Counted from the first letter of the stretch, positions 1-10,158 are shown. The stretch is 64,000 bases of DNA from Flavobacteriales bacterium (GCA_041747675.1 JBGTES010000027.1:15088-79087), one strand, 5' to 3'. The notes: a model not told the origin generated them from the sequence alone. Made by a program: numbers and translations.

Positions 1-738
1 GACGCAACGCACAAAGTGCCCCTGTCCACCGGACGTGAAGCCACCGCGTTGAAGGAGATCCCGCCCGCACGCCAGTACCCCGAGTTGCCCACCACCAGCA
101 GCAGCGTGCTGTTCCTGGATCACGACATGGTGCAGACCGACATCCTCCTGGTGAGCAAGGCCGCCCCGTTCGACACCACGGTGCTGCCATATGCCTCGCT
201 CTTCAACGAGTATTTCGGTGCGGGACTTTCAAGCATCGTGTTCCAGGAGATCCGCGAGGCCAAGGCCCTGGCGTATTCGGCCCGTGCACTCTATACCACA
301 CCCGGCCGGGAGGACGAGGCCCACTATGTCCGGGCTTTTGTAGGCACCCAGGCGGACAAACTCAACGACGCGGTGGAGGCGCTGCTGGCCCTGATGAACG
401 ACATGCCGATGGCCGGGGACCAGTTCAATGGTGCGAAGGAGGCGGCGCTGAAAGTGATCGAGAGCGATCGCATCACGCGGCAGAACATCTACTGGAGTTG
501 GGAAAGCGCCCGCCGGCTGGGTTTGGATTCGGATATCCGTCGGATGAGTTACGAGCGTATCCCTGCCATCGGCTTGCAGGACCTGAAGTCCTTCTTCGAC
601 AACGAGATCCGGGGCAGGAAATACACCTATCTCATCATCGGGAGAAAGGCGCAGATCGACTTCGAAGCCCTGGAACGGCTTGGGCCGGTGCGTGAACTGA
701 CGAAAAAGGAGGTGTTCGGTTACGACGAGCAGCTTTGA
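1..738 (+). CDS. M16 (insulinase) family zinc peptidase, C-terminal part (5' truncated by window edge)
   Basis: Frame is open from position 1. Motif 'YFGAGLSSIVFQEIREAKALAYSA' is typical of the M16 inactive C-terminal domain (GxSSRLFxEIRExxGLAY). Confidence 0.85.
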   Translation, partial: DATHKVPLSTGREATALKEIPPARQYPELPTTSSSVLFLDHDMVQTDILLVSKAAPFDTTVLPYASLFNEYFGAGLSSIVFQEIREAKALAYSARALYTTPGREDEAHYVRAFVGTQADKLNDAVEALLALMNDMPMAGDQFNGAKEAALKVIESDRITRQNIYWSWESARRLGLDSDIRRMSYERIPAIGLQDLKSFFDNEIRGRKYTYLIIGRKAQIDFEALERLGPVRELTKKEVFGYDEQL

Positions 739-775
739 TCGCGGGCGGCCACGGGAAAGCCATCTTTGCCGCCGG

Positions 776-1849
776 ATGAAGGCCCTGGTCCTCTACACGG
801 AGGCGGCACCCTATGTGATCGCCTGTCTCCGGGCACTCACCTGTCACGGGGTGCAGGTCACTTTGGTGCGCTGGCCTGTGAACGCGGAGGCACCCTTCAC
901 CTTTGATGTGGCGGATGGCATCACCGATCACCTGCGGAGTGGAATTGACAATGCCCGTCTCATGGGCCTCGCTGAAGACTTGCGGCCAGATATCGTCATC
1001 ACAAGCGGGTGGGTGGACAAGGGTTATTTGAAAGTGTGCCGCGCCGCGCGAAGCAGGGGCGTACCCACGGTGATGATCTGCGACACGGCCTGGCGCGGCG
1101 ATGCACGCCAATGGGCCAACATGGTGTTGTCACGCGGTTGGATGAAGCGCACCTTCTCCCATGCCTGGGTCACCGGAAGTCCGCAGGCGGAATATGCGCG
1201 CCACCTCGGTTTTAAGAAGGATCACATCCGCACCGGCTTCTATAGCGCTGACACCAGCCTGTTCGAACCACTTGGACGCCGCCTGCTGGAAGAACGCGTA
1301 GGGCGGTGGCCGCATCGCTTCCTATGTGTGGCGCGTTACATTCCCAGCAAGGGCCACCAACTGCTTTGCGACGCCTTCGCCCAACTTTGCGACAATGGCG
1401 AGGCCGGTGATTGGGAACTGTGGCTCGCTGGCACCGGCGTATCGCACGAGGAGGTGAAGAACTCGCCTTCAGGCAGGAACGAACGGATCCAACATCTCGG
1501 TTTCAAACAAGCTGCGGAGATGCAGGAGGTGGTCGCCCGGTGCGGTGCTTTCGTGCTTCCCAGCCTCTATGAACCCTGGGGCGTGGTGGTGCATGAGCAT
1601 GCCGCAGCAGGAATGCCCATGGTCTTGAGCAACGCCGTGGGTGCCGCGGAACGCTTCCTGGTGGAAGGGGAGAATGGCTTCCTATTCCGCAGTGGGGACA
1701 AGGCCAGCTTGCGCGATGCATTGCTGGCGATCATCCGTCGCACGGATGGCGAATTGCTGCAAATGGGCCGGCGCAGTGCCGACCTGGGCCGCAGCTGGAG
1801 CCCCGAGGCATGGGCCAGGACCGCAGTATCCATCATACAAGAGCGCTGA
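776..1849 (+). CDS. glycosyltransferase family 4 (GT-B)
   Basis: 'FVLPSLYEPWGVVVHEHAAAGMP' EX7E motif; 357 aa. Confidence 0.9.
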   Translation: MKALVLYTEAAPYVIACLRALTCHGVQVTLVRWPVNAEAPFTFDVADGITDHLRSGIDNARLMGLAEDLRPDIVITSGWVDKGYLKVCRAARSRGVPTVMICDTAWRGDARQWANMVLSRGWMKRTFSHAWVTGSPQAEYARHLGFKKDHIRTGFYSADTSLFEPLGRRLLEERVGRWPHRFLCVARYIPSKGHQLLCDAFAQLCDNGEAGDWELWLAGTGVSHEEVKNSPSGRNERIQHLGFKQAAEMQEVVARCGAFVLPSLYEPWGVVVHEHAAAGMPMVLSNAVGAAERFLVEGENGFLFRSGDKASLRDALLAIIRRTDGELLQMGRRSADLGRSWSPEAWARTAVSIIQER

Positions 1850-1852
1850 GCG

Positions 1853-2995
1853 ATGTCGAAACCGCAGGTGCTCGTATTCATCGATTGGTACAAGCCGTTC
1901 TTCAAGGCCGGAGGGCCGGTGCGAAGTCTGGTGAACATGGTGGACCACCTCCACGATCACATAGACTTCCACATCGTCACTGGCGACCGCGATTACACCG
2001 CCACAACTTCGCCGGCTGAACCTTCCAAAGACCAATGGACCACCCAGGATAAGGGCGAACGCGTTTGGTACGCCTCGCCGGAAGGGCGCAGCGGGGTACG
2101 CTGGAAGGCGCTGTTGCAGGAGCGTGCGTGGGATGCGGTCTACATCAATGGCATGTGGTCGCGGTGGAGCACCATGCTACCCTTGTGGCTGCTGCGCGGA
2201 ACGAAGCAGCGGCGCATTGTCGCTGTACGCGGCATGCTGGCCAGTGGCGTGATGCGGCAGAAAAACACCTTGAAGCGACTGACGCTGCTGGTGATGCGCG
2301 CAGCGGGCTGCTTCAAGGGTGTGGAGTTCCAGGCCACCAACGCGGAGGAAGTGGAGGACGTGAAGCGCTGGTTCGGCAGCGATGCCGTGGTGCATCTCGT
2401 CCCGAATCTGGGCCGCAAGCTGGATCGCGATACACCCGCTCCGATCAGCAAGCGTCCCGGCGAATTGCGCCTTGTGAGTGTCGGTCGCATCGCACAGGAG
2501 AAGAACACCCTTTTCGCCATCGAACGCCTTGGCGGGATCACCGGTGATGTCAGTTTTGATCTATACGGAACCGTGTACGACGAACAATACTGGCAACGTT
2601 GTCAAGCGGCGATCGCCACGCTGCCACCGAATGTGAGGGTGCCATGGCACGGTGAAGTAGCGCCAGAGCACGTGCCGGAGGTGCTCGCCACAGCGCATGT
2701 CGTCTTCATGCCCAGTGTAGGCGAGAACTTCGGCCATTCCATGCTGGAGGCATTGAGCGTGGGTCGTCCACTGCTCATCAGCGACCGCACACCATGGAAG
2801 GATCTGGAGCGGCAGCAGGCTGGTTGGGACCTGCCGTTGGTTAGACCGAAGCGTTTCGAGGAGGTCTTGCAGCGAATGGTGGAGATGGACGATGAGAACT
2901 TCGTTGCGTTGAGTAAGGGCGCGTTCGCCTTGGGTCTGCGATCTTTGGCGGTGGAACCCCTGCTGGACAAGTACCAATGGATGTTCCGCCCATGA
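1853..2995 (+). CDS. glycosyltransferase family 4
   Basis: N-terminal 'KAGGPVRSL' and 'MPSVGENFGHSMLEALSVGRP' motif. Confidence 0.9.
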   Translation: MSKPQVLVFIDWYKPFFKAGGPVRSLVNMVDHLHDHIDFHIVTGDRDYTATTSPAEPSKDQWTTQDKGERVWYASPEGRSGVRWKALLQERAWDAVYINGMWSRWSTMLPLWLLRGTKQRRIVAVRGMLASGVMRQKNTLKRLTLLVMRAAGCFKGVEFQATNAEEVEDVKRWFGSDAVVHLVPNLGRKLDRDTPAPISKRPGELRLVSVGRIAQEKNTLFAIERLGGITGDVSFDLYGTVYDEQYWQRCQAAIATLPPNVRVPWHGEVAPEHVPEVLATAHVVFMPSVGENFGHSMLEALSVGRPLLISDRTPWKDLERQQAGWDLPLVRPKRFEEVLQRMVEMDDENFVALSKGAFALGLRSLAVEPLLDKYQWMFRP

Positions 2996-3038
2996 CCCGC
3001 GCCACCGTCGACCTTTCCCACTTCGACAACGCGAAGAC
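2989..3038 (+). repeat. duplicated 5' end of wcaF (copy of 3783-3832); opens a 25-aa remnant ORF 2992-3069
   Basis: cccATGacccgcgccaccgtcgacctttcccacttcgacaacgcgaagac vs cccATGacccgccccaccgtcgacctttcccgcttcgacaacgcgaagac: 48/50 identical. Confidence 0.95.
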
Positions 3039-3070
3039 TCTCACCCAGCCCATCCGTTTATCTTCGTGAC

Positions 3071-3337
3071 ATGAAGGAGAAGGTCACCATTCGTATCAGC
3101 CAAGCCCGATCACGTAAGGTCAAGCGACTGATGCGAGGTAGAAAGGGTTCCGTTAGTGAACTGGTAGAGGACCTACTCGATAAGGCCGTCGAAAAGCCGG
3201 TGCGACGGACTTGGGTCGATGAACTATATGGCAGTGGAAAGTTCACAGAGACCGACCTCGCGAACGATCAGCGGTTGAGTGATCTCGTCAAAGGCGCACG
3301 CACCAAGCCAACTTACAAGTCGAACAAGAAAGGATGA
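3071..3337 (+). CDS. putative RHH-type antitoxin (DUF6364-like)
   Basis: 88 aa with 'KVTIRIS...KGSVSELVEDLL' RHH pattern. Overlaps the PIN gene (ATGA). TATCTTCG -7 box at 3059-3066. Confidence 0.75.
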   Translation: MKEKVTIRISQARSRKVKRLMRGRKGSVSELVEDLLDKAVEKPVRRTWVDELYGSGKFTETDLANDQRLSDLVKGARTKPTYKSNKKG

Positions 3338-3771
3338 GAGCGCTGGTGGACAGCGACGTGCTGGTGGCCACGATCGATGGCACCGAGGTGCAAAGTCCTG
3401 CATGCAAAGCTGTTCTGGACCTTGTCGTACGCGATGGCCTCGAAGCAGTTGTGACCCCATTGATCGTGGCCAATGTGATGTACGCACTGAAGCGGAAGTG
3501 GCGCACCACAAGACCAAGAACATGGCGCAAGGACATCGACCGGATGATGACAGCCATGCTTCCGACCCTGCGTATGATACCGGTGGACGAACGTGACTTT
3601 CTCGCCAGTTTTGCCAGCGATTTCCTCGACAAGGAGGATGGCATCCAGTATTTCGCAGCGGTCCGGAGCAAACAGGTGGATGTGATCGTCAGCTGCAATG
3701 TGAAGGACTACGCCACAGGGGATCTACCCGCCATGGAACCCGCAGAATTCCTTGACAAATACCTCAAGTAG
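3334..3771 (+). CDS. PIN-domain (VapC-like) toxin
   Basis: 'ALVDSDVLV', 'DKEDGIQYFAA', 'IVSCNVKDY', 'PAEFL' PIN acidic residues. Confidence 0.9.
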   Translation: MRALVDSDVLVATIDGTEVQSPACKAVLDLVVRDGLEAVVTPLIVANVMYALKRKWRTTRPRTWRKDIDRMMTAMLPTLRMIPVDERDFLASFASDFLDKEDGIQYFAAVRSKQVDVIVSCNVKDYATGDLPAMEPAEFLDKYLK

Positions 3772-3785
3772 TTCTTCGGACACCC

Positions 3786-4346
3786 ATGACCCGCCCCACC
3801 GTCGACCTTTCCCGCTTCGACAACGCGAAGACCTTCGATCCCGGTGCGGGCGTGGTGAAGCGCACGCTGTGGTACTTCACCAACGCATTGTTCTTTCTCA
3901 ACCCGTGTTTTCCATTCCGCTCGCCCAAACCCGCGCTACTCCGGCTGTTCGGCGCACGGGTGGGAAAGGGCGTGGTGATCCATCCCGGCGTCAACATCAA
4001 GTTCCCTTGGAAGCTTAGCATCGGCGATCATAGCTGGATCGGCCAACGTGCCTGGCTGGACAACCTGGACACGCTCACCATTGGCAGCAACGTGGTCATC
4101 AGCCAGGGCGCCATGATCATACAAGGCAGCCACGACTATAAGAAGATCGACTACCCCACTTACACCAAACCCGTGGTGCTGGAGGATGGCAGCTGGGTGG
4201 GGGCGGGGGCCATTGTCACGCTCGGGGTTACCATGAAGAGTCACAGTGTGCTTGCCGCGGGAAGTATGACAAGCAAGGATCTGGAGGCGTACACGATCTA
4301 TCAGGGGAATCCGGCGGTGGCGGTACGGGAACGGGTCATTGAGTAG
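3786..4346 (+). CDS. wcaF: WcaF-like colanic acid/EPS acetyltransferase (hexapeptide repeat)
   Basis: 'LLRLFGARVGKGVVIHPGVNIKFPWKLSIGDHSWIG', 'GSHDY', 'YQGNPA'. Confidence 0.9.
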   Translation: MTRPTVDLSRFDNAKTFDPGAGVVKRTLWYFTNALFFLNPCFPFRSPKPALLRLFGARVGKGVVIHPGVNIKFPWKLSIGDHSWIGQRAWLDNLDTLTIGSNVVISQGAMIIQGSHDYKKIDYPTYTKPVVLEDGSWVGAGAIVTLGVTMKSHSVLAAGSMTSKDLEAYTIYQGNPAVAVRERVIE

Positions 4347-4355
4347 GTCGCCAGC

Positions 4356-4385
4356 CTCCAACCGCTTCAATGTTCAACATCCAAC
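4356..4385 (+). repeat. degenerate heptamer repeats (ctccaac/cttcaat/gttcaac/atccaac) in the wcaF-GT2 spacer
   Basis: Read directly from sequence. Confidence 0.5.
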
Positions 4386-5147
4386 GTGAGAACGACCCTT
4401 ATCACCGTTTGCCGCAACGTAGCTCCCGTGATCCGGGAAACGCTGGACAGCATCCTGGCCCAGACGCACCCGGATATCGAGCTGTTGGTGATCGATGGCG
4501 CCAGTACCGACGGCACGGTGGAGATCTTGGAAAGTTATCGCGCAACTCTGGGCAAGCGCGGCATCACCACCCTCGTCAGCGAACCCGACAAAGGCATCTA
4601 CGACGCCATGAACAAGGGCCTGCGCCGGGCCACCGGCGAGGTGATCGGCTTTGTCAATGCCGGTGATCTACTGATGACACCCGACGTGATAGCCCAGGTG
4701 GTGGAGGCTTTCCAGCGCAGTTCCGCTGATGCCGTGTACGGTGATATTATCATGGTGGACGAGCACGACATCCACAAGATCCACCGCACCTGGCTAAGCG
4801 GAACGTACCGCCGTGAGAACTTCCGTAAGGGATGGATGCCACCGCATGTGGGCACCTTCATCCGCAAGAGTATATACGACCGCTTCGGCCACTTCAACAC
4901 CGACTTGCGCATTGGCGCGGACTACGAGATCCTGCTGCGTTTCCTCTACAAGCACCAGGTGCCGACCGTGCATCTTCCCGAGGTGCTGGTGCGCTTTCGC
5001 TTGGGCGGCATGAGCAACGGCAGCATCAAGCACATCCTGCAGGCGAACCGCGAGGTGCGCGCCGCTTGGGGGCTGAACGGCCTGCAGGCCCCGCCGCTGC
5101 TGGTGACACGAAAGCTGTGGAGCAAGGTGATGCAGTTCTTCCACTGA
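4386..5147 (+). CDS. glycosyltransferase family 2 (WcaE/WfgS-like)
   Basis: 'IDGASTDGT', 'SEPDKGIYDAMNKG', 'ADYE', 'GGMSN'; GTG start. Confidence 0.92.
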   Translation: MRTTLITVCRNVAPVIRETLDSILAQTHPDIELLVIDGASTDGTVEILESYRATLGKRGITTLVSEPDKGIYDAMNKGLRRATGEVIGFVNAGDLLMTPDVIAQVVEAFQRSSADAVYGDIIMVDEHDIHKIHRTWLSGTYRRENFRKGWMPPHVGTFIRKSIYDRFGHFNTDLRIGADYEILLRFLYKHQVPTVHLPEVLVRFRLGGMSNGSIKHILQANREVRAAWGLNGLQAPPLLVTRKLWSKVMQFFH

Positions 5148-5418
5148 GGGGGCTCACCCCCGGTGAAGGGTTAGTTCGGCAGGCCGCAGCAAGCCCAGTA
5201 TTGCCAGCGTACCTGACCGGGCCGTCCTGCACCTACTTCGCCACGTTGTGGACCGTTCCATGTTAAATTCCGGCCTAATCAATGAGATGCTCGTTCAGTA
5301 TGGAACGGGCAAATGGTGGTCCCCCAGCCTGTTACTTTTTCGATGGATCAAGCGTCACATGCCCGATCTCCTCGCAACGGATAAGCTAGCCTTCGCCATA
5401 CTTCCTCCCCCTCACTGC

Positions 5419-7806
5419 ATGCTACGCCTGACATTCCTCCGCGCGATCGGTCCCGGCATGCTCTGCGCTGTTGGGCTTGCCGTGGCCGCCCCGGTCCAAG
5501 CCCAACCGACCCACGGCACCATTTCAGGCTACATCACCGACCAGCGCTCGGGTGAGGCATTGATAGGCGCCACCGTGTTCGACCTGCGCTCGGGGAAGGG
5601 CACCATCAGCAATGTGTATGGCTTCTACAGCCTCACGCTGCCTGCGGACAGTGTGGTGCTTCGCTTTTCATTCGTGGGCTACCAGGCGGAAGAAGTTCGG
5701 GCGCTGCTCTCCGGAGCGATCACCCAGCACGTGAAGCTCGGCCCATCCCTGGAACTGCGCGAAGTGGAAGTGGTGGGGCGCCGCACCGGGGAGGAGGTGG
5801 AGAGCACCCGCATGGGCACGGTGGAATTGCCGATGGAAATGGTGCGCAGCCTGCCCGTGCTGCTGGGCGAGCGGGATGTGATGAAGACCATCCAGCTGCT
5901 GCCGGGCGTGCAAAGCGGAACCGAGGGCAGCTCGGGCCTCTACGTGCGCGGCGGCGGACCTGACCAGAACCTGATCCTGCTGGACGGCGTGCCGGTGTAC
6001 AACGCCAACCACCTCTTCGGCTTCTTCTCCGTGTTCAACACCGATGCCATCCGCTCGGTAACCCTTACCAAGGGCGGCTTCCCGGCGGAGTATGGCGGGC
6101 GCCTCAGCTCGGTGATCGATCTGCGGATGAAGGAGGGCAACAACCAGAAGCTGCGCGGCGAAGGCGGCATCGGGCTCATCGCCTCGCGCCTCACGTTGGA
6201 AGGACCTATCATCAAGGAGACCACTTCGTTCATGGTATCCGCTCGCCGCACCTACCTGGATGTGCTGGCCCGTCCGCTGATCCGCTCGGCATCGGACGGC
6301 AACTCCGTGGGCGGCTATTACTTCTACGACCTCAACGCCAAGATCAACCACCGCTTCAGCGACCGCAGCCGCTTGTTCCTCAGCGGCTACTTCGGTCGCG
6401 ATCGCTTCTACGCTCGGGACCGCTATGAATATCGAAGCTTCGGCAACAACTACGAGGACAAGACCGAGACGGGGTTGGATTGGGGCAACGCCATCGGTGC
6501 CCTTCGCTGGAACTACGTCTTCAACCCGCGCCTGTTCAGCAATACCACGCTCACTTACAGCAACTATCGCTTCCGGGTGAGCAGTGAGCAGGAGTCCATC
6601 CGCACCATCAACGGCCAGCAGAGCAAGAGCTATTCGGCCATCTCGTACCGCTCGGGCATCGAGGACTGGAGCGTGCGCACCGACTTCAACTACATGCCGG
6701 TGCCCGAGCATTACGTCAAGTTCGGCGGTGGGCTCATCCTGCACACCTTCACCCCGGGTGTGAACCGTGCAGTGGATCGCAACGAGTTCGTTCGCCAGGA
6801 CACTACCTACGGGGCACGGCGTATCGTGGCGCAGGAGTTCTTCGCGTACGTGCAGGACGAATTCGCATTGGGCAGCAAGGTGAAGGTGAACGCCGGACTG
6901 CACGGCTCGGGCTTCCTCGTGAACAACACCAACTACCTCTCCCTACAACCGCGCCTTTCGGGCCGCTACCTGCTGAACGAGCACTCTTCCCTGAAGCTCT
7001 CCTACGCCAACATGGCGCAGTTCCTCCACCTGCTCACCAACGCGGGCATCGGCCTGCCCACCGACCTGTGGGTGCCGCCCACCGAACGCATCAAGCCCCA
7101 GTTCGCGGACCAGGTGGCGGCCGGCTACACGCGGTCCCTGGGCAAGGACTACATGGGCACCTTCGAGGCCTACTACAAGTACATGCGCAACCTGATCGAA
7201 TACAAGGATGGTGCGTCCTTCCTGGCCTCCGGTACCGATTGGCAGAACAACGTGGAGGTGGGCCGGGGCTGGAGTTATGGCGGTGAGTGGTTGCTGGAAA
7301 AGAAGTCTGGACGCACCACCGGCTGGCTGGGCTACACCTTGTCGTGGACCGAACGGCAGTTCGATGCGCTCAACGAGGGGCGCGTGTTCCCCTTCCGCTA
7401 TGATCGCCGCCACGACATCTCGCTGGCCGTGACCCACCACTTCAACGAACGCGTGGATGTGGGCCTGGTATGGGTGTATGGCACGGGCAACGCGGTGACC
7501 CTGCCACTGGAGCGCTACCCGGCCTTGCCGGGGATGGACAACCCGTACGGGGTGAACGAGATCGCCCACATCGATGCGCGCAACAACTACCGCACACCGG
7601 CCTACCACCGCCTGGATCTGGGTGTGAACATGCACAAGCCCACCAAGTGGGGCGAACGCACTTGGAGCCTGGGTCTTTACAATGCCTACAGCCGGCAGAA
7701 TCCCTTCTACTTATTCTTCACGGTGGACGACTTCGGTCGCCAACGGCTCGCCCAGATCAGCCTGTTCCCCATCGTGCCATCCGTTACCTACAACTTCAGC
7801 TTCTGA
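5419..7806 (+). CDS. TonB-dependent receptor with N-terminal CarboxypepD_reg-like domain
   Basis: Signal peptide from ATG 5419; plug motif 'LPGVQSG..GLYVRGGGPDQNLILLDG'; C-terminal 'YNFSF'. Confidence 0.92.
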   Translation: MLRLTFLRAIGPGMLCAVGLAVAAPVQAQPTHGTISGYITDQRSGEALIGATVFDLRSGKGTISNVYGFYSLTLPADSVVLRFSFVGYQAEEVRALLSGAITQHVKLGPSLELREVEVVGRRTGEEVESTRMGTVELPMEMVRSLPVLLGERDVMKTIQLLPGVQSGTEGSSGLYVRGGGPDQNLILLDGVPVYNANHLFGFFSVFNTDAIRSVTLTKGGFPAEYGGRLSSVIDLRMKEGNNQKLRGEGGIGLIASRLTLEGPIIKETTSFMVSARRTYLDVLARPLIRSASDGNSVGGYYFYDLNAKINHRFSDRSRLFLSGYFGRDRFYARDRYEYRSFGNNYEDKTETGLDWGNAIGALRWNYVFNPRLFSNTTLTYSNYRFRVSSEQESIRTINGQQSKSYSAISYRSGIEDWSVRTDFNYMPVPEHYVKFGGGLILHTFTPGVNRAVDRNEFVRQDTTYGARRIVAQEFFAYVQDEFALGSKVKVNAGLHGSGFLVNNTNYLSLQPRLSGRYLLNEHSSLKLSYANMAQFLHLLTNAGIGLPTDLWVPPTERIKPQFADQVAAGYTRSLGKDYMGTFEAYYKYMRNLIEYKDGASFLASGTDWQNNVEVGRGWSYGGEWLLEKKSGRTTGWLGYTLSWTERQFDALNEGRVFPFRYDRRHDISLAVTHHFNERVDVGLVWVYGTGNAVTLPLERYPALPGMDNPYGVNEIAHIDARNNYRTPAYHRLDLGVNMHKPTKWGERTWSLGLYNAYSRQNPFYLFFTVDDFGRQRLAQISLFPIVPSVTYNFSF

Positions 7807-8768
7807 TGGAAAAGAGCCTCCATTCCAAACCACTGTTGTGGCTGCTGGCGCTCACCGTGCTGGCCACGGGTTGCCGCAAGTACCTCGATTTCGAGGGGGA
7901 GGACCTACAGCCACGGCTGGTGCTGAACAGCCTGGCCACGGCCGATTCGGTACTCACAGTCCAACTTTCCAACAGCCGGGGCGTGATCGATCCCGGCCCC
8001 ATCTCCGGCGTTACCAACGGGCAGGTGCGTGTGTTCGATGGCCAGGGCAACCTGCTGGAGGAACTGGTACACCAAGGTGATGGCATTTACCAAGGAACCA
8101 CTGTTATCGCGGCCGGTAGTGAATTGGCCGTGCAGGCTTCGGCCAGCGGGCTGGGTACCGTGCAGGCCAGGGACCGGGTGCCCTTCGCAGTGCCCATACA
8201 GCAATGGGACACGGTAAGCGTGGAGAACACGGACGACGGGTCCGGCTTCGGCTTCACCACCTTGGAATTGACCCTCACCATCAACGACCCGGGCGACCGT
8301 AGCAACTTCTACATGCTGGAAGGGTTTATCGGGCAGCGCTATGTCATCGAAACGGTCTTCGACCCCAACACGGGAACCTTTGTCAACGACACCATCGAGG
8401 TGGAGGAGCCGTTCTGGAGCCGCGCCTACTTTTCCACCACGGATCAGGTATTGATCTCTGAAAGCGATGCCGGACTTGGCGAGACCAGGGTGTTCTTCGG
8501 CCGCGCCGTGTTCCGCGACGATACGTTCAACGGCAACACCCGCTCCTTCAGGGTACGGCTGGAAAGCTTCATCCGCCCCGGCACCTTGGACCTGCGCCTG
8601 GTGAGCATCTCCGAGAGCGCCTTCCGCTACTACCGCACGCTGGAACGCTACGCCTATGTGGAAGGTGATCCCTTCGCCGAACCGGTGCAGGTGTTCACCA
8701 ACATCGAAGGTGGGCTGGGCATTTGGGCAGGCGCCAATGTGGAGCAGGTGTCCATAGACATCTGGTGA
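7806..8768 (+). CDS. DUF4249-like lipoprotein (TBDR partner)
   Basis: Lipobox 'LATGC'; C-terminal 'EPVQVFTNIEGGLGIW'; coupled to the TBDR stop. Confidence 0.85.
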   Translation: MEKSLHSKPLLWLLALTVLATGCRKYLDFEGEDLQPRLVLNSLATADSVLTVQLSNSRGVIDPGPISGVTNGQVRVFDGQGNLLEELVHQGDGIYQGTTVIAAGSELAVQASASGLGTVQARDRVPFAVPIQQWDTVSVENTDDGSGFGFTTLELTLTINDPGDRSNFYMLEGFIGQRYVIETVFDPNTGTFVNDTIEVEEPFWSRAYFSTTDQVLISESDAGLGETRVFFGRAVFRDDTFNGNTRSFRVRLESFIRPGTLDLRLVSISESAFRYYRTLERYAYVEGDPFAEPVQVFTNIEGGLGIWAGANVEQVSIDIW

Positions 8769-8777
8769 TCCGAAGGT

Positions 8778-9578
8778 TCACGCATGGTGCTCGGGGCGCA
8801 ACAAGAGTACCACCGCCGCCGCACCCACCACCGCCAGCGTACCCCACAATGGCAACAGTTCGCCACCGGGAAAGCCCGCCTGGTCCCCGGCATGCGCACC
8901 CCAAGCCAGCACCACGCAGTACAGGGCACCTTTCATGTTGGCGAGCACACCAGCCACCACGCCCCACGGGTTTTCGCGCCACAGCCACCAACCCGCCAGC
9001 AGGTAGGAGGGGACAACAAAGGAGAGGTCCAGTGCAGCGATCAGGTGTGTCGAGCCACCGGTGGTGTCCAGCAGTTCCGGCAGGGTACCGTCGATGAAGT
9101 AGGCACTGGATTGTGCGATCCACAGCGCGCCGAGCATCAGGCCCCACAGCACCATGTAGCCACCCACGATGCGCTGCACTGTGCGCGACGGCATGCGCGA
9201 ACGGATCGCGGCAATGTCCAGATCCACCAGCCCGGCGATCAGCGCCAGCGTGGGCAGGGTGAAGAGCGCCACGTACAGCAGGAAGTGTGCGTTGAAGGCC
9301 GCACCGAAGAGGTAGAAGGCGTAGTTGTACACCAGGTACCACAGCATGCCGAGCCAGAGGAGTCGTCCACGCAGGCTTCCTCGCAGTGCCATGATGAATG
9401 TCGCCAGCAGCAGCGGTACGCCGAGGTAGAGTGTCACGCGATCGTTCACCCACCAAGCCAGTTGGACGAAGGCGTTGTCGCGGTAGAGCCCTTCCACGGT
9501 GATGCCGCCGATGGTGGCAAGCAAGGTGAGTAGGACAATGACGGAGAGGAGGACAGTGGTGCGGGAGAGGAGGCGCAT
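8778..9578 (-). CDS. conserved multi-pass membrane protein
   Basis: About 7 hydrophobic segments; 'GRLLWLGMLWYLVYNYAFYLFGAAFN', 'ALDLS'. Confidence 0.8.
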   Translation of the reverse strand: MRLLSRTTVLLSVIVLLTLLATIGGITVEGLYRDNAFVQLAWWVNDRVTLYLGVPLLLATFIMALRGSLRGRLLWLGMLWYLVYNYAFYLFGAAFNAHFLLYVALFTLPTLALIAGLVDLDIAAIRSRMPSRTVQRIVGGYMVLWGLMLGALWIAQSSAYFIDGTLPELLDTTGGSTHLIAALDLSFVVPSYLLAGWWLWRENPWGVVAGVLANMKGALYCVVLAWGAHAGDQAGFPGGELLPLWGTLAVVGAAAVVLLLRPEHHA

Positions 9579-9672
9579 GGGGGAAATTTATGATCACGCA
9601 GGCATGGGGTCCATGACCAATGCTACCCTGGTTGGCCGTCAGTGTGGCCTTACCCCGCTACATTCGCACCCC

Positions 9673-10110
9673 ATGCTCTCCAAGCGCACCAAGTACGCGT
9701 TGAACGCGCTTACCCATTTGGCCAAGGCGCGGAAGGAAGGCCCCTTGAGCGCTGCGGAACTGGCCGATCGTGCCGGTGTGCCACGCAAGTTCCTGGAGGC
9801 GATCCTCGTGGACCTGCGCAATGCCGGACTGATCACAAGCAAGCGGGGCAGGAGCGGGGGACATGCCCTGCGAAAAGCACCCAAGGAGATCCACATGGCC
9901 GAGGTGATCCGCCTCTTCGATGGCGCGATCGGGCTGGTGCCTTGCGTGACACACAACTACTATGAACGCTGTGAGGAATGTGTGGACGAGCAGGCCTGCG
10001 GCATCCGGGATGTGTTCCTGGAAGTGCGGGAAGCCGCTGTGCGTATGCTGAAGCGGGCTACGCTTGCGGACGTGATCAACCGCGAAGGCCGGCTCAGCAG
10101 GCGATCCTGA
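9673..10110 (+). CDS. Rrf2 family transcriptional regulator
   Basis: 'MLSKRTKYAL', 'PRKFLEAILVDLRNAGLITSKRGRSGGH', C-terminal Cys motif. TACATTCG -7 box just upstream supports the start at 9673. Confidence 0.92.
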   Translation: MLSKRTKYALNALTHLAKARKEGPLSAAELADRAGVPRKFLEAILVDLRNAGLITSKRGRSGGHALRKAPKEIHMAEVIRLFDGAIGLVPCVTHNYYERCEECVDEQACGIRDVFLEVREAAVRMLKRATLADVINREGRLSRRS

Positions 10111-10124
10111 GTTTTTTTGACATA

Positions 10125-10158
10125 ATAACATACTGAACAGATAGGAATAATATGTTTG
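10125..10158 (+). promoter_or_regulatory. putative Rrf2 operator plus Bacteroidetes -7 box (TATGTTTG at 10151-10158)
   Basis: ataacatactgaacagataggaata matches 11705-11729 at 18/25; perfect TAnnTTTG adjacent. Confidence 0.6.

Noticed and set aside
3730-3785. PIN C-terminus (MEPAEFLDKY) resembling the GT4 C-terminus (VEPLLDKY), suggesting a longer duplication
   Set aside because: The match is short and gapped, and 'PxEFL' is a normal PIN ending, so it cannot be distinguished from chance.
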